From Octopus vulgaris (lineage: Eukaryota): DNA of 64,000 nt. The stretch is taken from positions 48,050,001 through 48,114,000 of the forward strand of contig OX597836.1 of NCBI GenBank assembly GCA_951406725.2. Direction: 5' to 3'. The notes under the pieces were generated by a model. It did not search any database and was not told the DNA's origin. It saw only the letters and a list, made by a program, of their open reading frames with translations. Shown in pieces: positions 1 through 12,282 of this stretch; position 1 is the stretch's first letter, and each line of letters starts with the position of its first letter. A program made the position numbers and the translations under genes.

Positions 1-963
1 TTATTTCCTAACACGTTCTAGGATAGCCAAAACATCTTTCTCAGCTGATAATAGATTGTAATGTGGATAAGAAGGAGTTGTGCAGAAGAAAGTGGCAGGT
101 TTATTACATTGTGAAAGGACATCGAATATCATGAGTCTAAATGCAACAGCTTCAACATGCAGAAGAACATCAAGAAAAGTAGGAGAGAGTGAGTTTGTGA
201 TGCATTAATTATTGAAGTTTTTAAGTCCACAAATGAACAGAATCAGATTGTTGTTTTTGCTTTTGTTCCTGCAATGGCAAAATGGCTGCTAGAAGGAACT
301 GAATTAGTTTTTCAAAAGGGGCCACACATTTAGAGTAATTACTGGACAAACCTAACAATTGTTGTTATTTAGTACCGGTAAGCATCAAATAAAGGATTTC
401 ATTTTTGGGGGGACCAAGTTGCAGAAAATTATTCTCTCTTTTTCTTTTTTTTTTTTGTATCCTTGGCAACAATTGGATGTTTTGGTATAAAAGACATTTG
501 TCATTGTTCAATGTTGAAATAAATTTAGCCGTGTTCTCTTCATCTTCCTCGATAATTTTGCCAACTATAATAACATCGTTAATATTGTTGGTAGTAATTA
601 TACCATCCATTATTTTTTGAAAAAAACATTTACAGCATTAGTCATAGCAAAGAGTCACTAATGAAATAAACATCCATTAACTTGAAATGTGCATACCTAT
701 CATCATCATCATCGTCATCACCACCATCATCATCACCATCCTTATTGCGATGGTATACTGTTTTCAGATCCAATTTACTGTAGAATTTATTCCAGGAAAT
801 AGGATATAGGAATCTGTAGTATTAGGAAGTGGATAGGCACCAAGAATGCTGCAGTGATTTATCATTTGTGAAGAGTCAATAAGAAGGAATTGTCATCTGC
901 TGCTGTTTCTTACTACTAACCCTTCTACTCAGTGGGTCTAGAGAGAAACTGAGTGCTCAGTAG

Positions 964-1016
<53 letters not shown>

Positions 1017-1137
1017 ACAAGCTGTTTATTCCCTTCGAAGGAAGAAGGCAGTGGGATTTAGTAACAAATGGTTTCAAATCTTTACATAGGCATGAAGGAT
1101 TATGAAGAGGGGCTTAACACCATGGGGACATGTAAAG

Positions 1138-1303
1138 CAGTCATGAGCAAACTGTGGCCTTGGAGCAGCATGTGGGCTGTAGGACTTTCTGAATGGCACA
1201 TCAACAAAAATTATTTTGATTTTCTATTTAAGCAGTGCCGCCATGTCTGAGGATGAGCTATGTCTCGTGTGGCCCGTTTCTCAAAAAAGGTGGCCCACAT
1301 CTG
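1138..1303. mobile_element. Degenerate hAT (Charlie-like) MITE
   Basis: Left end cagtcatgagcaaactgtggcc and right end gtggccc...aaaaaggtggcccacatctg resemble hAT MITE termini with subterminal GGCCC motifs. Confidence 0.45.
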
Positions 1304-1664
1304 TTGTAGAGAAACAGATTTTTTGATAATCAAAATTTAAATATAACAAAGCCATACGAAAGTTATATCTCAAAATTAGAAAGAAACACAAGTTAAGCAA
1401 AACATTTAAACACACATTTGTATTAAAACAAAAACAAAACAAAAGAAACCCATAAGAAGTTGTCTGAAAGAGAGAAAGACAAGGAATCGATCTGTCAGAC
1501 TCAAGTGCCAGGTTGTTTCAAAGACATATTTGGAGGGAGAGATTTTTGTAAGCACCCTCATCTACAAAACTTGTTGCAGTATCTCTAAAGAGTATCAATA
1601 TATTAATTAATCTAATATATACTGATTATAAATTAATCAAGGGTTTCCTTCTAACCACAACTGT

Positions 1665-2065
1665 AGGCGTAGGAGTGGCTCTGTGGTAAGTAGCTTGCTT
1701 ACGAACCACGAACCACATGGTTCCGGGTTCAGTCCCACTGCATGGCACCTTGGGCAAGTGTCTTCTACTATAGCCTCGGGCTGACCAAAGCCTTGTGAGT
1801 GGATTTGGTAGACGGAAACTGAAAGAAGCCCGTCGTATATATGTATGTATATATGTGTATGTTTGTGTGTTGTGTTTGTGTCCCCCCCCCCCCCAACATC
1901 GCTTGACAACTGATGCTGGTGTGTTTACGTTCCCGAAACTTAGCGGTTCGGCAAAAGAGATCGATAGAATAAGTACTAGGCTTACAAAGAATAAGTCCTG
2001 GGGTCGATTTGGTATCTAAGGCGGTGCTCCAGCATGACCACAGTCAGATGACTGAAACAAGTAAA
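1665..2065 (+). mobile_element. tRNA-derived SINE family A (Octopus-type), full length
   Basis: Head ggagtggctctgtggtaag...ggttcagtccc (A/B-box-like), CORE-like ggcaccttgggcaagtgtc, central (TA)/(TG) microsatellite, tail gactgaaacaagtaaa; about 15 related copies in the window. Confidence 0.9.
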
Positions 2066-3859
2066 TGATGATGATGCTGTGACTCTTTTTGACCAACAGC
2101 TTCATGAAAATTGTTCAACCTTTTCGCAATTATTTCAAGCTACATTCTTTGCCAGACAAACAGACTAGTAATGGCTGGGGCAGCACAAAAGCAGCATCTT
2201 CATCTATAGGGTTTGTATGATCAACATGGCAGCAGTATACACATAGCTAAGGAAGCAGGCTCTCTTTTCGTGGCCATTCCAAATAAGACATTAAGAGGGG
2301 GAAGAAGATCACTGATAAGTCTCTGGTTTTCTTTGAGCAGCTTCTAAAGAATATGGATGGGAGATTGCCTGCTTCTAATTCAATAACAAGTTCTCAAAGA
2401 ATCTTTGTTGAAAATGGTTGGAAGAGATCCCAGAAATGAAGAAAAATTCTAATATTTTCTTCTTAAATACTTAAACATTTACTTCTCTGACATTTTACAA
2501 AGTCTGGCAAAACTGTGTAGAATTGTGGCAAAAGATTTAATGTCTTCCTCTGGTTGTTATGTACAAGACTGTAATTACATTCTGTAATAAGTTATCGTCT
2601 GCTGTTTAACGAAGACATAATTAAGGTTAACTGAGGCAGCATTGTAGTTGATGGAATCAATTACCGTACTGAAGATTGAAGAAGAAATAAAATTAGTAGG
2701 CAGAATGGATTATTGTTGTTCAGCTGAGTCTGGGAACTCTGTAAGAACATTTAGAAATGTTGTTTAACAATGTGGTCACTCTATTCTTGTATCAAATAAA
2801 ATGTCATGAAAAGGTTGTGGCTGAAGAAATTTTTCCATTTTTATTGTTATATTTCCAAGTTTTAGATGAATAAATTGCTGTGGCAAGAAGCAGTTACAGA
2901 GGATCGTTTTATTTGGTTAAAATATTCGACTTCTATACACAAAGTACAAGTCAGTATTATAATGGCTGTCTGCCAATTTCCAACCAAAAACACACCAAAA
3001 TGGCATCTGAACTGGTATTAGCAATTCATAACCATTAAGAAATCTTGCCTGTGTTAATAAATACTGAATTTTCTGTGCAATGGAGGAAAAGCTCCATTTC
3101 AGAATTATACTAAAATTTTTTTTAAAGAGAAATGCAAAGGCATGTGGCCTGGTGATTAGAGGTGTTGGGTTGATAAGGCTGTGAGTTCAATTCCTGGGCT
3201 GGGTGATAAGCTGTGTCCTTCAGCCAGGCATTTCCTTTCACATTGCTCCAGTGCTGATGCTGTCCTATGTCTTCCCAGCTGCCCCACCCACACTATTCCA
3301 TTGAGTCAAGGGGGAGAAGGGCAAGATGGTATCTAGGTCTGCTTGTGACTGTGGAGGCATCTAAAACAATTAACAAAAGCATGCTTAATGCCATCAACTC
3401 ATGAATAAATACAAACATGCTTTGTATACAAATGTGTTGACTCTCTTTATTACTGTCAATGTATCTGCTAAAAACTGCAAAGGAAAGAAAATTTGAAAAA
3501 AACCCCACAGATATTTCTGGTTCCATGTATGAAATAGTTTTGTCCATTCTTTAGTATTTTCAGAGACAGCATAAATGGTTTCATTAAATGAATTAATCTC
3601 CCAGAATATGAGAAACTGGCATCAACAGAGATGCTCTAATAATCTACGTTGCAGTACCAAATTATAATGAAGGCACAAAAATCTGTTAAATATTTTTAAT
3701 TAAAATGCTTGTGTTTCACTGATCATGTTGTGGTTATAATTAAACATAATTAAATATCCTCGTTAATGGAAAAGGAATGTGGAGAAAATTGTTTTCTCAA
3801 AATTCAAATCAAATAGAAGAGTTGACCATGTTGCTTAATAACAGTTTTAATAGTAATAA

Positions 3860-4068
3860 TCATTTCAAATTTTGGCACAAGGCCAGAAATTTTTTTGGGC
3901 TGGGAGGTAAGTCGATTACACCAACTCCAGTACTCAACTGGTCCTTATTTTATCAACCCCTACAGGAAAGTTGGCCTCGGCTGAATTTGAACTCAGAACA
4001 TGGAAACAAACAAATTGCTGTTAAGCATTCTGCCTGGTGTGCTAACGAGTCTGCCAGATCGCCACCTT
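3860..4068 (-). mobile_element. SINE family B, diverged copy
   Basis: Reverse complement matches ttctgagttcaaatt...ggccttgtgccaaaatttgaa, also seen at 10443, 29350 and 46270. Confidence 0.75.
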
Positions 4069-4088
4069 GTTATTATAATAATAACGAC

Positions 4089-4268
4089 TTCAAATTTTGG
4101 CACAAGGCCAGCAATTTTGGGGGAGGGGTTAAGTTGATTACATTAACCCCAGTGTTCAACTGGTACTTATTTTATCAACCCCAATGAAATAAGTACCAGT
4201 TGAACACTGGGGTTAATGTAATCAACTTACCCCTTCCCCCAAAATTGCTGGCCTTGTGCCAGAATTTT
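4089..4268. repeat. Inverted duplication of the SINE B 3' half (arms about 80 bp)
   Basis: aattttggcacaaggccagcaattttggggg...ggtacttattt mirrors aaataagtacc...cccccaaaattgctggccttgtgccagaatt. Confidence 0.9.
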
Positions 4269-4557
4269 AGACTAATATTGGTGTAGTTTAAATGAAAGGT
4301 TCATATAAAAATTATCATTTTGATATGATAAGGTGATTATTGAAATAAACTTCCCTCAACAGTTATTTTGTGGGATAATCACACTTAAAATTGACATGAA
4401 CATTTATGTAAGTTTAAATCTATGGGGTCAACCTATAAATAATGCAGATTTTTTAAACTACTTTTATTTTTAAATATTAAAATAAACAAAGTTCTATATT
4501 TAAGAGAGGAGGAATTATTTACATTTGACGATATTTGTCCTCATCTTGTTTGTTGTT

Positions 4558-4603
4558 AACACAACATTTCGGCTGATATATCCTCCAGCCTTCTTCAGGT
4601 GTC
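4558..4603 (-). ncRNA. Minimal type I hammerhead ribozyme motif
   Basis: Minus strand reads GACAC-CUGAAGA-A-GGCUGG-aggauaua-UCAGCC-GAAA-UGUU-GUGUU: stem I, conserved core, 6-bp stem II, vestigial stem III. Confidence 0.75.
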
Positions 4604-4649
4604 TTGGGGAAATTTCAAACCTGGGTTCTCATTCCTAAGATATTTTTCA

Positions 4650-5459
4650 TCATCATCATCATCCTCATCATCGTTTAGCTTCCGCTTTCCATGCTAGCAT
4701 GGGTTGGACGGTTCAACTGGGGTCTGGGAAGCCAGAAGGCTGCACCAGGCCCAGTCTGATCTGGCAATGTTTCTATGGCTGGATGCCCTTCCTAACACCA
4801 ACCACTCCGTGAGTGTAGTGGGTGCTTTTTACGTGCCACCGGCATAGGTGCCAGACGAGGCTGGCAAACGGCCACGATCGGATGCTGCTTTTTATGTGCC
4901 ACTGGCACGAGGCCAGTCAGGGCGGCGCTGGCAACAGCCACGTTCAGATGGTTCTCTTACGTGCCACCGGTACTGGTGTCACAGCTGCAATTTCCATTGA
5001 TGTTGATCAATTTTCACTTGCCTCAACAGGTCTTCACAAGTAGAGTTTTGTGTCCCAAGAAGGAAAGGTATGCATAAGTGGACTGGCACATCCCATGTAG
5101 AAGCCATGGGTTATGGTCTCACTTGTCCTGCCGGGTCTTCTCACGCACAGCACACTTCTAAAGGTCTCGGTCTCTAGTCATTTCCTCAGTGAGACCTAAA
5201 GTTCGAAGGTCGTGCTTCACCACCTCGTCCCAGGTTTTCCTGGGTCTGCTTCTTCCACGGGTTCCCTCAACCGCTAGGGTATGGCACTTTTTCACACAAC
5301 TATCTTCATCCATTCTCGCCACAGGACCATACCAGTGCAAACGTCTCTCTTGCACACTGCAACTGATGCTTCTTAGGTCCAACTTGTCTCTCAAGGTACT
5401 TACACTCTGTCGAGTATGAACACTGACATTACACATCCATCGGAGCATACTGGCTTCGT
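4650..5459 (-). mobile_element. RTE-clade LINE, 5'-truncated 3' end
   Basis: ORF 5158-5448 (MLRWMCNVS...RRLHWYGPVARM...RPRKTWDEVV) is an RTE ORF C-terminus; 3'UTR shared with 36765-37400; (GAT)n tail. Confidence 0.9.
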
Positions 5460-5469
5460 ATTATTATTA

Positions 5470-5527
<58 letters not shown>

Positions 5528-5769
5528 CATCAGTATTGTTGTTGTTGTTCAGGTCACTGCCTGGAATGGAACTCAGAATCTTGGATTTAGTAGCCTGCGC
5601 TCTTAACCATGGGCATATGGTGTAGTGGTTAAGAGTGCAGGCTACTAACCCCAAGATTCTGAGTTCGATTCCAGGCAGTGACCTGAATAATAATAATAAT
5701 GATAATAATAATAACAACAACATCGAAAAATACCTTAGGAATGAGAACCCAGGTTCGAAATTTCCCCAA

Positions 5770-5815
5770 GACACCTGATGAAGGCTGGAGAGTACATCAG
5801 CCAAAATGTTGTGTT
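5770..5815 (+). ncRNA. Minimal type I hammerhead ribozyme motif (G12 mutated to A, likely inactive copy)
   Basis: GACAC-CUGAUGA-A-GGCUGG-agaguaca-UCAGCC-AAAA-UGUU-GUGUU. Confidence 0.65.
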
Positions 5816-5949
5816 AACAACAAACAATAGTTAATGTAAATAATGCATAAACAAAGTTCCTTTTTAATCTAAAATATACACTCCTTCATTTTCTATACTG
5901 CTCTTCTATATATCTGGTAGATTTGTAAGGCCCCTCTTCCAAAATTCAC

Positions 5950-6612
5950 TTGTCCATGACAAAAACTACCCCTCCAGTACTATTCTGACCTCGTCTACAG
6001 AATTCATATTTTTTCCGCCCAAATAATTTTGAAGACTGCAGAATAAATGATAAGAAGATGAGCAATGTCCAGCGAATATGGTGGGTGGGTGGGCACCAGC
6101 CACAGATTTGGTTTGTAGCACTCAGCAAGCTGTCCCACAGCTCTATGTTACAAGTCTGTAGTTTTTCCTCCCTCTCATCAAATTTCACAATTAGGATCTC
6201 CCTAAATCTCTAACCATATGAAGGGTCCTTAAGCTTCCAAATCCTTCTTTTCCAGATTGGTCTGCTTCTCGGCATCCTTCTGGCCAGGAGACTAAAGTCT
6301 ATGCTGGTGGGGGGTACATTCTTCACCAGGGAGGGTCTTTGTATTTAAGAGCAACCATGCATCCTGCTGTCTGATGAGAATGTAATTGATCTGGCCCCGC
6401 AGAGTCACCTGATTGGTAGGTTATCAGGTGGCTGGCTGGCTTCCTGAAGCTGGTGTTGCAGATAAATAGGTTACTTACATCATGGAATTCCAGTAGCCTT
6501 GTCCCCTCTTCATTTTGGGAACCAATTCCATGGTTCCCATGTATACCATGGAAGAGACCAGGCTGCTGCCCGACAAGCCCATTGAAATCCCCAGCCACAA
6601 AGATGATATCAT
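5950..6612 (-). pseudogene. RTE LINE AP-endonuclease region, decayed
   Basis: AGDFNG...NEEGTRLLEF...NLFICNTSFRKPASHLITYQSG motif; frameshifted; ends at a (TA)n tract. Confidence 0.8.
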
Positions 6613-6662
<50 letters not shown>

Positions 6663-7038
6663 ATTTAGGTTATAAAATGAGATAGGGTTGAAAATTCAAC
6701 CCACCATGGGATAATATATATCCAATATACTGCTAGATAGGTACCCAACAAAATTAATACATAGATGTTAAAAATTGTCAAACAATCAGTTCATCTATTG
6801 TATTAAATGGGTAAAGGTAATAATATTACCGTAAATTAATACTACAAAATTAGAGAATGGAGAAACATACTTAAATCAGTAAAACATCAACTATCCGATG
6901 ATACTCAATCCATACTTTAATACACCATTACATATGAGTAAAGGCAATATATAAAATGAAATGAGGTATACAGTAATAGTAAAAAGATAAAGAGATATAA
7001 GTAAAAAATTTCAAATATAATATGCAAATAAATCAAAA

Positions 7039-7146
7039 CTGACAGCTGTTTCGGCAGTGAGGACAGTCATACCTCATTTAACCTATAAGCCATAAAGGCA
7101 GGTATAAATGAGGCATTAACAGTGATGCCCCACGGCCTCTTCAGAG
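7039..7146 (-). ncRNA. Hammerhead ribozyme motif, mirror copy of 8042-8149
   Basis: Reverse complement gives CUGAAGA-GGC...GCC-GAAAC-AGCU-GUC. Confidence 0.75.
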
Positions 7147-7483
7147 AATTAAATTAAATTTGTTATAATAGTGAAAAATATTATATAATCATATACATAT
7201 AAATATAAAAATATAAAAATGTAAAATATAAAAACTTATACATCATAATGCTACACTTATATAATATAATACATTTGTACAAAAGGAAGGTAAACAGAAC
7301 AAAATAAAACAAAATATATAACAGTGTATATATTAATATTAATAAGTACCGATATTATACATATTTGGCTAATAGTTTTTTTTTTATAAAAAAAGGCTAA
7401 CACATATGGAGATGAAAAATAATAATTAAATCCGTGGTACAGTTCATAAAATTCTAAAGCTATAAAAGTTAATAAAAATTACT

Positions 7484-7529
<46 letters not shown>

Positions 7530-7661
7530 TAATAAAAATAGATACAGTTAAGTTAGCACCAAGTCCATCCTTTCAAGATCGAAATAACTATGTTATTTCG
7601 ATCTTGAAAGGATGGACTTGGTGCTAACTTAACTGTATCTATTTTTATTATTTTTTTATTA

Positions 7662-7701
<40 letters not shown>

Positions 7702-8041
7702 AGTAATTTTTATTAACTTTTATAGCTTTAGAATTTTATGAACTGTACCACGGATTTAATTATTATTTTTCATCTCCATATGTGTTAGCCTTTTTTTATA
7801 AAAAAAAACTATTAGCCAAATATGTATAATATCGGTACTTATTAATATTAATATATACACTGTTATATATTTTGTTTTATTTTGTTCTGTTTACCTTCCT
7901 TTTTTGTACAAATGTGTATTATATTATATAAGTGTAGCATTATGATGTATAAGTTTTTATATTTTACATTTTTATATTTTTATATTTATATGTATATGAT
8001 TATATAATATTTTTCACTATTATAACAAATTTAATTTAATT

Positions 8042-8149
8042 CTCTGAAGAGGCCGTGGGGCATCCTTGTTAATGCCTCATTTATACCTGCCTTTATGGCT
8101 TATAGGTTAAATGAGGTATGACTGTCCTCACTGCCGAAACAGCTGTCAG
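8042..8149 (+). ncRNA. Type I hammerhead ribozyme motif with extended stem II
   Basis: CUGAAGA (8044-8050); stem II GGC...GCC enclosing the hairpin ccucauuua/uaaaugagg; GAAA (8136-8139); palindromic stem III AC-AGCU-GU; cleavage triplet GUC (8145-8147); stem I is weak. Confidence 0.75.
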
Positions 8150-8345
8150 TTTTGATTTATTTGCATATTATATTTGAAATTTTTTACTTATATCTCTTTA
8201 TCTTTTTACTATTACTGTATACCTCATTTCATTTTATATATTGCCTTTACTCATATGTAATGGTGTATTAAAGTATGGATTGAGTATCATCGGATAGTTG
8301 ATGTTTTACTGATTTAAGTATGTTTCTCCATTCTCTAATTTTGTA

Positions 8346-8463
<118 letters not shown>

Positions 8464-8464
8464 A

Positions 8465-8857
8465 CTCTCTCTTTTACTCTTTTACTTGTTTCAGTCATTT
8501 GACTGCGGCCATGCTGGAGCACCGCCTTTAGTCGAGCAAATCGGGACTTATTCTTTGTAAGCCCAGTACTTATTCTATCGGTCTCTTTTGCCGAACCGCT
8601 AAGTGACGGGGACGTAAACACACCAGCATCGGTTGTCAAGCGATTTGGGGGGGACAAACACAGACACACAAACACACACACACGCATATACATATATCCG
8701 ACAGGCTTCTTTCAGTTTCCGTCTACCAAATCCACTCACAAGGCATTGGTCGGCCCGGGGCTGTAGCTGAAGACACTTGCCCAAGATGCCACGCAGTGGG
8801 ACTGAACCCGGAACCATGTGGCTGGTTAGCAAGCTACTTACCACACAGCCACTCCTG
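8465..8857 (-). mobile_element. SINE family A
   Basis: Reverse complement of the 1665-2065 element. Confidence 0.9.
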
Positions 8858-10007
8858 TATATATAAGTGTATGTGTGTGTGCGTGTGTGTATATATATGT
8901 GTGTGTGTGTCATCACACATATAGATATATGTACATATTGATATATACATACATATATATGAATATATATATATACATATATGCACACACATATAGACAT
9001 ATATATGTATGTAAATATACTTACATACACATTTACATATATGTATGTGTATATAAACACTCACACACACACACACACACACACACATGCTTGTACACAG
9101 TTTATAGAACTGGAAGCTGGAGCTGACTGTGGGGGTGTTTACTCTTATAATACTAACTTGGATGCAGGGGGTTGCTGTGGTGTGTGGTTCCCTCTCCACT
9201 CTTCGGTGGGTAAATTACCATTTCAACATACCAAAGAAATAGCATAAATATATTTAACACATTTAATAAAGACGCTGGGTATAAAGGTTACAATTCCTCT
9301 CTCCGGTGATGACAGAAGCCTGGCAACACGATAATCAAAACATCTTCAACAAATTTCTGACATTCCTCAGATTTATCAAAGGGAAATGGGGCATTATTTC
9401 TGTTTTTCTCTGCTTGAAATCTTGTTGAAGAACATCATCATGGAATAGATTTCCCAGCAGAAGAAGATTAGTTCTTAAAAGAAATAGTCCTTTTAAAAAA
9501 GTTTAGTCACTGCATGGAGTTTAAAATTTTAAAATGAAAGAAGTATAAAACAGCAAAAAAAAAAAAACCATTGCTTTAAAGAATGGCGTTAAAAAAAAAT
9601 GTCTTGTAAATGAGGTCATAAAATCTGAAAAAGTGGGATTGCTTCTTAATTTGTTTATTCAAAGTGAAGAGAAAATTATCTTAATTGATATTCAAATGGA
9701 TGGTTTTTATATTTCAGTTATCGGATTCATTTTTTACTTCCCCAGTTTTCTCTTCTCTTTTTAGAATCAGTAAAAACAACTGCAACAACAACAACAACAA
9801 CAGCATCAGAATACTTCATCTTGACGCTAGTTTCTTAGTTCAAATTTGTGTTTTCTGCAATCCAGTCAATATTGCGACACTTTTCCTTTTTTTCCCATTT
9901 CTTGAAATATGAAAGATGATGGCTGGTAGAGCCAAGTTATACTAGTTATACTAAACAATCTTTTGAGCATATTTAACATATTAAAATATATTAATTTCAA
10001 AATATAT

Positions 10008-10400
10008 AGTCCTGGCTGTGTGTCTAAGAAGAAGGTTCTGCAACCATGTGGTTTTAGGTTCTGTCCCACTGTGTGACACCTTGGGTAACCATCGTTTAAT
10101 ATAGCCCCAAGCCAACCGATACCTGCCTTGTGATTGAATCTAGTAGATGGAAACTGTGTAGAAGCCCTTTGTATATGTGTGTGTGTGTTTCTTTTTGCCT
10201 GTGTTTGTCACCCACCACTGCTCAACAACTGATGTTGGTTTGTTTACATCCCTGTAAATTATCGGTTCAACAAAAGAGACCAATAGAATAAGTGCCAGGC
10301 TTTAAAAGACCATAATAACTACTGGGGTTGACTTGTTTGGCTAAAGCCTTTTAATGTGATGCTCCAGCATGGCCACAATCCAACGACTGAAACAAAGGAA
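10008..10400 (+). mobile_element. SINE family A, diverged
   Basis: tggctgtgtgtctaagaag...caccttggg...gactgaaacaaa. Confidence 0.75.
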
Positions 10401-10442
10401 AATGATGAAAAGAGAAATGCCAATATTTTGTTGCAATTTTAA

Positions 10443-10660
10443 GAGAGCCAAGCTGGCAGAACCATTAGCATGCTGGGGGCCAAATGCTTAGTGGTATTTC
10501 GTCTGTCTTTACATTCTGAGTTCAAATTCCGCCAAGGTCAGCTTTGCCTTTCATCCTTTTGAGGTTGATAAATTAAGTACCAGTTGCATACTGGGATCAA
10601 TATAATCAACTGGTCGCCTCCCCACAAAGTTCAGGCCTTGTGCTTAGAGTAGAAAAGAAT
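10443..10660 (+). mobile_element. SINE family B
   Basis: agctggcagaaccattagc...ttctgagttcaaattccgcc...aagtaccagttg...ggccttgtgc. Confidence 0.8.
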
Positions 10661-11666
10661 ATTTTGTTGCTATTTTATTCTCATCATTCCAAGAGAATAA
10701 TTATTCTACTTTGAAAAGGATTTATTCATTGGTTCCTTTCAGTAAAACTCATTAATATTGGCTGCTTAATAAATTATGGTCACAATAATCTTGCTGTAAT
10801 TGCATTGGTTCCTTTCAGGATTTTGCATCCTGTTTACCATTCTTGCATGTTTTTTTCCCCTTCTCTTCAACTCAGTCTCTCACCATTTATTGTGGTCACT
10901 TGTCATCATTTTGATAAAGTTCCTCCCTCCAAGATCAATTGTCCCGACTTCTTCCATGTCCTCTGTGGTTTTCCTTCCTTTATAGTTTCCGTCCCCTAGT
11001 ATCACTTCAGACAGTTCTTCTCAAAGCGAGTAGTAACTCCCCTTGGGGTAGTGGAAAATTTTACATGCCTACTGGAATGACAATGACAACATCAACAATA
11101 ATAATAGTCCTTCAAAAATGTGAATGAACAAAAACTGAATCTATACCACTTATGCATGTAAATTGTAAACAACAAACTGAAATATAATTAAAAAGACATT
11201 GTCAAAATTAGAGGATTTTTCCATACATATAATAAAGACAAAAAAGGCTGATTTTATAGTTTTGGCACTCTTTAAAGGTGTTTTTAGGGCAAAAACTGAT
11301 ATTTTTTCTATCATAAAAATTAACATTAACAGTTTATTGATAACTTCTGTTACATTTTTAAAGAATTAACTGATTAATGGAAGTTAAATGTAATCAAAGT
11401 TAATTAGTCCAATAATGATTTCCAAAGTTAACTTAAAAGTTAAATTGTTAACGAAAATGTTAACTTCATTAATTAATGATTAACAGTGTCCAGATTTGGT
11501 AAACAGTAATGAAGTACACATACTTGTCTAATGTGACATAAACAGCCACTACACGAGAGGCACATCTATCCGTACACACGTGCATGAGTGCACGCACACA
11601 CACACACGTGTTTTATAAAGATCAATGAGTCCAACGTGAATTGGTACCTCCAGGACAAATATATAT

Positions 11667-11805
11667 GGCATTCCTTTGGTATTGGTTGAGAGGATGTTGG
11701 TTTGAGGAGATGACATCATTCACCCTATTTTCCAGCCTAGCCTCTTTATATTATCATGAGGCTGCGTGGGTGAATGCCGTTGTCAACCAATACCAAAGGA
11801 TTGCC
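11667..11805. repeat. Imperfect hairpin / mini-MITE
   Basis: ggcattcctttggtattggttga / tcaaccaataccaaaggattgcc outer arms, plus inner cattcaccc / gggtgaatg and agcctc / gaggct. Confidence 0.75.
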
Positions 11806-11811
11806 TTGTAA

Positions 11812-11842
<31 letters not shown>

Positions 11843-11845
<3 letters not shown>

Positions 11846-12064
11846 TTTAGCTTTTTCTTGTTTCAGTCATTAGGCTGTGGCCATGCTGGGGCACCACCTT
11901 GAAGAATTTTTAGCTGAATGAATCAACCCCAGAACTTATATTTTTTTTTAAAGCCTGATACTATCGGTCTATTCTATCAGACTCTTTTGCCGAACTGCTA
12001 GGTTGCAGGGACATAAACACACCAACACCAGTTGTCAAGCAGTGATGGGGGACAAACACACCCT

Positions 12065-12095
<31 letters not shown>

Positions 12096-12239
12096 GATGC
12101 GCTTCTTTCGATTTCCATCTACCAAATCACAAGGCTTTGGTTGGTCAGTCCAAGGCTATAATAGAAGACACTCGCCCAAGGTGCCACGCAGTGGGACTGA
12201 ACCTGGAATCATGTGGTTGGGAAGCAAACTTCTCTCCCA
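11843..12239 (-). mobile_element. SINE family A
   Basis: Reverse-strand homology to family A, flanked by (TA)n. Confidence 0.85.
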
Positions 12240-12240
12240 C

Positions 12241-12282
<42 letters not shown>

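Larger units (their letters stand above)
4495..5846. mobile_element. Head-to-head dimer of a tRNA-headed, hammerhead-bearing SINE-like element (left copy interrupted by an RTE fragment)
   Basis: Right copy 5611-5846 (+): A box tggtgtagtgg (5618-5628), B box gagttcgattcc (5661-5672), (AAT)n, HHR tail. Left copy 5609->4495 (-) is 5'-truncated by about 15 nt. Flanking direct repeat ataaacaaagttc at 4482-4494 and 5847-5859. Confidence 0.85.

Noticed and set aside
5611-5685. Bona fide tRNA gene
   Set aside because: Has A/B boxes but no acceptor-stem pairing or oligo-T terminator, and continues into a repeat body; treated as a SINE head
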